NCBI GenBank assembly: GCA_000320545.1
Contig: ADNK01001815.1
Location: 1 to 57,494 of the forward strand
DNA length: 57,494 bases
From: Bigelowiella natans CCMP2755
Taxonomy: Eukaryota; Protista; Cercozoa
Reading direction: 5' to 3'
Below the pieces are notes generated by a model that saw only the letters and a program-made list of their open reading frames with translations, was not told the DNA's origin and did no database searches. Position numbers and translations under genes: made by a program. Shown here piece by piece: positions 50,583 to 57,494 of this stretch (its first letter is position 1; every line of letters begins with the position of its first letter).

Positions 50583-53500
50583 ATGGGCAGCGGCCTTCGC
50601 TTGGTTATTTACGTTGTTACGGTTTTTAGTGCCTTATTCACGTCTCAAAATGGTCGCCAGCGCTCTCACCAAAATCGAAGGGGAGGGGCTTTAACCAGAG
50701 CGGATAAGAGTCAAGCAGCACTCTCGACGCCATGGCTGGAGAGAATCGTATTACCAATGAAGCCCACTCTAAGGAGCGAGGAGGATCTAACTACACATCT
50801 CCTACTCAAGCGCATTGTGGTGATGATGAATATGATTGTCGTAACGAATGGGAATGGTTGGTGATCGTCTTTCTTTCTGCTGCTGATTTGTTATCTCCAG
50901 GTTGACTTAAAGTCGAATATAGGCGATGACTCCGAGGTCAAGCATCTTGCAGTGGCCGAGATGTACTTTCAAGAAAAGCTGCACTTCGACTGCGAGAAGG
51001 AGCTCATGCTCAGAACACGCGGCGAGGTGTTCGCAACAATAAACAGACAACAACGACGAAAATAAAATATATCTGTGCGTATTTTGATGATACGCGATGA
51101 AGAACCGACGATGTGAAATGGGACAAGTAGCACACAGCACCATTTCCTCTATACATTCTACAATTTTTCCACCCTTACTCGGGTCTTTCGCCGTTTCCTT
51201 GTAGGTTTCATCAAGGGCGCGTGCACAGGAGCTGCTCAAAAAGGCGAAGGGCAGTATTCCTCGTGCCGTCGAGCTTTGGCTTATATCCGAGGAGATGCAG
51301 AAGATGGCGATAAAAAATGATGACCCAAAGAAAGCGATTAGAGAGAGAATCTACCGAGAGAATGGCCCAGCACAGGGAGTAAGAGGCGGCGGAAAAGGCG
51401 ATAAAGAAAACGTCGCTTCTGCTTCGTCAAAGCTCAACAGCCGCAGCATGCGAACACCAGGCAGCAGAGGCAACTATAAGCACCACCAGGGAGGAAGGTA
51501 TTCCTCCTCTTCCTCCTCCCTCCGTTATTTGTCGAATAGGGTGAATTCTCATGCCGGCGGTGATCGCAATTTCGCCGGGATCTTTGATGAGAGAGGGAGA
51601 GACCTGAGGGAGGCGAACAGGAAGCTTGGAAATGAGAATGTGTCGGAGGATGAAAAGGAGGAGGAGGTGCCATCTGCCGCCATATAAAATACTTGGACTT
51701 GAATGATAGTTTGCAACAGTAGCAGTTTCTCATTGACGATAACGAATTGTGTTGTAGGTGAAGATAAACAAAACAGCACTCTGCTGTTGTTGTTGTTGTT
51801 GTCGTTGTCTTTGCATACCGAAAACACTAGTCACCACTAAACATTCCAAGGCATCACAGCAATACCTAAATAGGATGATACTCAAACAAACAAATAGATG
51901 CACACACCAAACTTTGACGAACCCTTTGGATACGATGCAGGTCTTGAATGAGGGGAGAAGACGGGATGGGAGGGGGGGGGGCACGCTAGCTTCGCGAGAA
52001 AAGACCATGATGGGCTGGCATTCTCCAAAAGGATCCTGTGCGACAAGGAAGAATGAAGCAGGGTAACATGATGTGATTTACTTGCAGCTATATGTCTTCG
52101 ACGCTTATATCATTATTACTACCTCTAGTAACACTACGAGATGTTCTTGTTTTCCTCATCAATATCAATCCATTCTTCCCACCATTCAACCACCGTATAC
52201 CGATTACTACTAATACTACTACTGCTACTAATATATTCTTATTGTCATCCAACCATTCATTCATAGACCTACTACTACTACTACTACTACTACTACAACT
52301 ACTTCTATGACTATTTCCTCGTTGTGATCCAACAATCCATTCAGCCATCTATTCGCTATTAAATTATCCCTTAACATACCGATACCTCCCTCCTCCCCCT
52401 CCTGTGCTTCCTATTTATCATCATCCTCAGCAGCAGCAGCTGCGGCAAGACAAACAACAGAAATCATGCAGCATTCAGCACCAAGTTGCTTGCACGCTCC
52501 TTGTGTGAGGAAGGAATGGGTACTTCTCCTCTTACTACAACTGCTGTTTCGTCTACTACAAATACACGTGCTGCTAGTTGCCGCTCAGTCTCAGAGAACC
52601 GTCTGGAGGCATCAACAGTGGTTGGTCGAGAACGCTAATCGTGAGGATGATGATGATGATGATAATGATAATGATAATGATGATGATGATGGTGATGACG
52701 GCGACGACACGGTTCATGAATCTTATCTGATTGTATCTCTGTTAAATTGCTTAACAGGAGGCCCATTTCTCAATACGACAAGGGTTTAGGGAATGCCCCG
52801 GGACTACATTACCATTCGAGGTGATTGTTGTGATATACACATTCGTTCACACGTCAAACTACTGCTAGAGCTACTACTACTACTACTGCTGCTGCTACTG
52901 CTACCTCTTTGTAAGATTCCTATAAAGAAATGAAATGACGATGAAGATATTGGATTAATATTAAGGATAAAATCCCCAACTACTTAAAATTCCCCCCCCC
53001 CCCCCCCCCCCCTCTCTCTATCTCTTTCTTTCTCTCTTTCTCTGGGCTTGCAACTGTTGGCATGCAACAGTATTTATTGGACAACTATCCTTCTACGCTT
53101 CGATTTGATGTGCACGTCTCTTCCGAGGTAGTACGTCAAACAGCCTCCTTTAAGTATTGGTGATTGTGTGACGAAACTTGTTAAGATTGTTAAATTTCTT
53201 TGCTGGATTTACATACGGAGTTAGGCCCCATTGACATGCTTCTGCATTCTTCTCCCCCCCCCCTCTCCTAGGCTAGCGCATCGAGCGTATTCAGAAGGGA
53301 ATTAAACTCACTGGCACAAGCAAGGAGGCTAACGATACGAGCGTACACAACTACGGATAATACGAGAGACAATGATAAGGTCGCTCAACAGGCGAGAAAG
53401 CGTGTGTGTGCCATTTCTATTGTTTTGTCGATGAATTTGCTTGTTTTTTGTGATTATGCGACTTGAGGGTTTTGAGAGCACTTTCTGCTATCACGGATTG

Positions 53501-53644
53501 TACGTACAGGAAGTTGAAATCACATGTCCGCCTTGGTCTCCCGGCACTGTGGGAATGAGATCTCGCAGGATTGCGGGGTTTGATCATCCTCTCATTCTTG
53601 ACGACAAGAAGATAACGAGACTCACTATGGAAAGGCAAGAGTAG
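50583..53644 (+). CDS. Multi-exon gene, unknown protein with N-terminal hydrophobic leader and a UBA-like helical segment
   Basis: MGSGLRLVIYVVTVFSALFTSQ followed by an R/S-rich stretch. In-phase exons VDLKSNIGDDSEVKHLAVAEMYFQEK...RTRGE|VSSRARAQELLKKAKGSIPRAVELWL (UBA-like pattern), and terminal exons YLLDNYPSTLRFDVHVSSE|ASASSVFRRELNSL...|EVEITCPPWSPG...MERQE*. Confidence 0.6.
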
Positions 53645-53649
53645 TTATG

Positions 53650-54390
53650 AAATTGCTCATTGCTGACAAAGATGATCGTTAACTCGCAATGATTGTTTCA
53701 TTTTGAATTGCATGACTAATACATGTGCGCTGTAGTGATGATTCTATGATGGATATCTAGATGTACATTCATTTCACGCATCATTACATCGCCCAGTGCT
53801 GTCTGGCATGTCACGTAAGCTGCATCTATCTAGCTAGCTATGGCTAGTAATGCGCTGGTTGTGGAGCAACACATTGTATTAGTACATCTTGCGCGGCAAA
53901 TGTGATGGAGTAGATAGAGGGTTGCATATAGTAGCCGGTGTCGCTCATCACATTATGCAACGTACGGTGTCCCATCTTTGCACAAGGCTTTCGATCAGGC
54001 TGGCCATCATGCGCTTTTTGTGGTATGTTGCAATGAGCAAATAAGGCACATGTAAAGACACAAAGACACCGAATACCGCCAATCTAGCAATAAACATCTG
54101 GATCGCTGTCTTCATGCACAACGCGCATATGAACACTACTAGTCTTATATATCCTTGAATGAGTCCTGCCAATCATGCTGCATTGGTGCGATGGACGTGC
54201 AATATTTGCAATATTGCATAAACATGCTGCATTCATATTGTAATGACAATTAATTATTACGGAGAAGCTTTGCAACGTGGCCTGATTGGCGCAACCGTAA
54301 CCGTTTTATGTTGATACACACTACAGCTTGTTCACGCACGTTCTTACATCCATCAGCTTATCGCACACGATGAATCATTAGGAAACATGT
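53650..54390. other. Weakly TpA-converted, CTAG-containing tract between convergent genes
   Basis: Contains CTATCTAGCTAGCTATGGCTAG and a TGCA/CATG excess; more TA survive than in the other tracts. Confidence 0.45.
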
Positions 54391-54396
54391 AAATCA

Positions 54397-57300
54397 TCAA
54401 TCAAGATTCTCTCCAGCTGCATTCAGCGCATCATCAGCCTCCTCTTCTATTGTTCTAATGGCTGCTGCACCTGGCAAAGCACTTGCCCGTTGAGATACAT
54501 CTCCGTCTTTCCTGTTGACTTTATTCACGCCAGTAGTGCTTGATAGTTCTGCTACCTCTGAGTTTCCATTCTTCATCTTCTCCTCTTCCTCATCCTCCTC
54601 CTCCTTATCACCTTTAAGCGCCTTATTCCCTCCTACGGTGGCACCATCGATACTACTACTGCAATTTTTGCAGTCATCGGTCTTGCAACTACTACCCGAA
54701 GCTATTGCTGCTGCTGCTGCTGGAGATGGTGAACGTTGCGATGATATCGTAGTCTCCTCTCCCCTACTTCCTCCTCCTCCTCCTCCTTGTGCTGTTATCA
54801 CTGTTGTGGTTGATGGAACAGAAGCCGCCATCATCATCTCAGCAGCAACGTCTGGATTCTTCGCTATTCCTACTATTTGACCACCATTACTGCTGTTGGC
54901 ATCATCAGTGGAAGGAGCACTATGAACACCAGCCGCAACACCTGCGTCGTTGTCCTTTTTCTTCTCGGAAGCTGCTTTTTCTGACTGTGGTTCCCCATTC
55001 TTCATCTTCTCTTTGCTACTGTTGCCATTCTGCTGCTGCTGCTGCCCCCCCCCCCCCTTTTGGTTCTCCGCTAGTCCATTCGTCTGTTCCTCCTCTTTCT
55101 TCGTCTCATTTTTATTCTTCAATGCTTCTAGAATCAGACGTTGCTGTTGTTGTTGTTGTTCTTCTTCTTCTTCTCTCTGCTGCAGTGCCTTGAGCTCCGC
55201 CTTGGCCTCAGCGACAACAGTATTGAGGTTTACAGGCTCGTTGATATTGTCCGGTACCACGAACTCCATGAGTTCTTCTGGGGGCGCCTTTGGAGTGGTT
55301 GGTGATGTGTCAAGACAGAAGACAGAGACACAAGAAAGACGAAGAGGAAGAAGAAGCAGAGAGAAGGGAGGAGTATAACGGCCTCAAGTGTTTGTGAGGC
55401 AGCAGCAGCTTTTGATTTTGGTTGGCGCCTTTCTCTTTGTCCCCCTCCCCCCCCTTCTATATCCTACATCCTTATATTTTTATCGTTGTCATTAATCTCG
55501 TGGTAGTTCTTCTTCTATATGTGGTCTGATCTCATCATCATCATCATCACCTGATAATCCATCGTTTTGTTGACTTTGAGAGGGCACTCTCCCAGAGTGA
55601 TGCCTTGCAGCATCGTGTAGGCCTCCTGAATAGCCATAGATGGATGGATGGTGCTCAGCACGAGTAGTACGTACTGTTTATCTTACGAAGTCTTGCTCTT
55701 GGAGGTGACATTACAATATGAGGAGGGGCATGATAACACTACTACTACTACTACTACTACCACTACTACTACTCCTACCAAGTTATCTCTGGCACATCGA
55801 AACTCAAGGAAGCAGAACCTCGAAGCTCCTTGCATGTGAATCTGAGGAGTTCCGAGGGTTGTTAGGAGAATGAAGGGGGTAAGGAGGTAAGGAGGAAGAG
55901 GCATTCGAGTTTCATTTAAAATGCGACAACGACGACGGCAAATAAAGCTAATTAAGAACATTTGCACATGCCGCTAATTATGACAGTGCTTCTAGGTGGA
56001 GAATTCCTGAATAACATCGTATTTAGCTAGCTGCCCTCAGAAGTATGCTATCGAATAGGAGAGAGGGATTGGATGATGATGCTGCTACTACTACCTCCTT
56101 CTTCTTCTTATACTACTACTGGTAGTAGTAGTAGTAGTAGTAGTTGTAGTAGTAGCACTATTGTTTTGGCACTAATAATAGCCTTACCTCAATGATAGGG
56201 TTCACTGTTTTCATTCCCAGATTCATCAAAACCTGATTGGTTTAACAACAACAGCGCTATGAGATCAAACTCTACTACCCCATCAACATATTCCTTCATT
56301 ATTACAACCATGGCCCGCGCTCCCCCCATCACTATGCTACTACATCTATTGCTTGATCATCTATCTCCCAGAGTTATCAGCGTCATCGTCGTCATCATCC
56401 TCATCATCCTCATCATCATCGTCTTCGTCGCTCGTCGTCATTGCAGCACTAAAACAGCCTCAAGCAGTACTACCGTGTTGAAGAATTCCAGAAGTGAGAG
56501 CTTATCGAGACCCACTGAGACAGGGAGGTTGCCAACGTAAAGCCTCCTCGAGGGGAGTGTTAGGTAGTATCGCTGCCATAGTGGGAACAACAACAACAAC
56601 AACAACAATAGGAAGAAGAAATGAGGGGCGCATATCATAGAATGAGAGGGATGGTCATTTACACAGCAGCAGCAGCCGCCAAGGGAGGTCATACATAATC
56701 ATAAAGATTCAGACTAGCGACAACGAATGTTAGTTGTCGTCTTAAATGACGCGAGTACGAGGGAAAGACGACGACAGCTCCTTCATAGTCATAATCCAAC
56801 AACCTGCCGAATCAAGGGCTTTTCTGCTATTTTCTTCTGGACGAGTTCAAACTCGCGCTGATTTACCGGTTCTAGAGCAACAAATAGCAGATTTCGTGTG
56901 TAAGAAATGAGCCACGAAGTAAGTAAATAATGAATTCTTGGTTACGTGTAGCTACTCTTTGCAGTGATGCAGTGATTGTCTCTCGCTGTCCCTAACAGCA
57001 GCCTCGAATTGTAACTTACTTTGTTGCTGCACATCTCCAAATTTTGACTGCCGCTTCTTCGAAGTTGCTGGATTCTTCTTCATCTCAACCGCTTCGCTCC
57101 CCCCCCCCCCGGTCACCACTTTCTCTTCTTCAGAGCTACTACTTGAAGAGTCATCATCGCTTGATGTATAGTCACGACGGCGTCGCTCCTGGCACCAGGG
57201 TGGATACCGATAGAAAAATCATGGATAGTCAATTAGCCGCCGACGAAGAGCATTGGGCGTAATAATGGGATATGGTTTAAAATCCTTACTCCCCCCCCCC

Positions 57301-57494
57301 CACCTTTGCACCCTACTCCTCTACTACGTTAACTTGCGTCTGCATAATGTTTCAACGTCTTCTGCATCAACATGGCCGCTCGCTTTTATAGACTTCTCAA
57401 TCGGCTTCTTTATATCCTCCACTTCATCGGACGTATGGTGGTGGCTTCAGCAACAATAACTAGCTGTTTATGTCGTGATTTACATTTGTCGTAT
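54397..57494 (-). CDS. RRM protein with a U2AF65-like RRM1 and long low-complexity C-terminus (5' end outside window)
   Basis: Spliced: ...LPSRRLYVGNLPVSVGLDKLSLLEFFNT|VLMNLGMKTVNPIIE|IHMQGASRFCFLEFRCARDNL|EAYTMLQGITLGECPLKVN. RNP2 (LYVGNL) and RNP1 (FCFLEF) match the U2AF65 RRM1 type. The terminal exon 54397-~55310 is Q/E/G/S-rich. Confidence 0.8.

Noticed and set aside
513-57459. Hundreds of 60-170 aa ORFs with VCVC, YIYI, LSLS, HTHT or ERER runs
   Set aside because: They are translations of intronic microsatellites or antisense frames of real exons, not genes.
54397-57494. Assigning the gene symbol U2AF2
   Set aside because: Only one RRM is visible and the C-terminal RRM2/UHM are absent.
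1-57494. CRISPR arrays, tRNA/rRNA genes, Introner-like repeated introns
   Set aside because: No repeat-spacer arrays, cloverleafs or rRNA motifs were seen. Introns share only simple repeats, not a common element sequence.

Overview
Eukaryotic nuclear DNA with dense spliceosomal GT-AG introns full of (TA)n, (CA)n, (GA)n, (TAG)n and (GAT)n microsatellites. The style suggests a protist, possibly a chlorarachniophyte/rhizarian, but that is inference. Most ORFs in the supplied track are spurious. Splicing exons by eye gives about 10 protein genes: a coiled-coil protein (-), a PLAC8-like Cys-rich protein (+), a ~25-exon secreted type-B carboxylesterase (+), an intronless 7TM GPCR-like protein (-), a secreted His/acidic low-complexity protein (-), a ~17.6 kb myosin heavy chain (-) with no clear IQ motif and a C-terminal CaaX box, an unknown gene (+), a SPOUT1/C9orf114 methyltransferase (-), another unknown gene (+) and a truncated U2AF65-like RRM gene (-). 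There is also a U3 snoRNA gene (-) ending in a T6 run. The most striking unexplained signal is that every non-promoter intergenic tract has lost TpA dinucleotides, apparently converted to TpG/CpA, except inside CTAG, which is enriched and tandemly amplified. Introns, exons and promoters keep abundant TA. This looks like a context-specific, compartment-restricted 'reverse-RIP' mutational or base-modification system. Exon boundaries and dinucleotide counts were made by hand and are approximate.
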